DNA of 64,000 nt, from NCBI GenBank assembly GCA_964016885.1, contig OZ024742.1, positions 161,944,001 through 162,008,000 of the forward strand, in the 5' to 3' direction. Position 1 is the first letter of the stretch, and each line of letters opens with the position of its first letter. This document shows, piece by piece, positions 63,724 through 64,000 of this stretch. The translations under genes were made by a program, and so were the position numbers. The notes beneath the pieces are model-generated. The model was not told the DNA's origin and made no database searches. It worked only from the letters and a program-made list of their open reading frames with translations. Source of the stretch: Eledone cirrhosa (Eukaryota).

Positions 63724-64000
63724 ATATTGTTATATTTAGAGATGGTTATGGTGCCTGTATTGCACCATGTGATTTTCATTTTATCTATTTCTCATTATTC
63801 CTTCATTCATCAAAGTTCTTTCACCACATATTCTGTGATTTCCTCAATGACTATCAGATAGTCATTGAGGAAATCACAGAATGTGTGACAAAAGAACTTT
63901 GACAAAACAAATGAATAATGAGTAATAAAAATAAAGTCAAAAGCATATGGTAGTTGCATATCTTTTTATTGCAATATGACCATCCTCAAATATAACAATA
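63724..64000. mobile_element. Miniature palindromic PLE-pLTR derivative in the copper transporter intron
   Basis: Inverted repeat centred on 63856; arms resemble the family A/D pLTR end (decayed HHR, ATGACC..CAAATATAACAATA). Confidence 0.75.

Overview
This is eukaryotic, AT-rich, repeat-dominated DNA. The repeat inventory suggests a cephalopod (Octopus-like), but that is an inference. About half of the window is degenerate (TA)n microsatellite, and the long Y/I/H/T or C/V ORFs in the track are translation artefacts of it. Embedded in the tracts are several Penelope-like element (PLE) families, often in inverted (foldback) arrangements, including a ~5.3 kb structure with ~2.4 kb apparently identical arms. 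Also present are a near full-length CR1-group LINE with three truncated copies, two R4/Dong-type LINEs, RTE fragments and a bipartite RTE derivative, tRNA-derived SINEs, a maT (DD37D) transposon and a Tc1 (DD34E) transposon. The only host gene signal is the last coding exon of a CTR/SLC31 copper transporter (minus strand, right edge). The most notable hidden layer is RNA structure: at least seven sequence-distinct type I hammerhead ribozyme (HHR) motifs were folded by eye. They include a non-coding 496-nt-period retrozyme-like element (20665-21415) and a hammerhead with a non-canonical UCGAUAA core showing the compensatory U3-A8 pair (32806-32892). All folds, alignments and clade assignments were made by eye; no searches were run.
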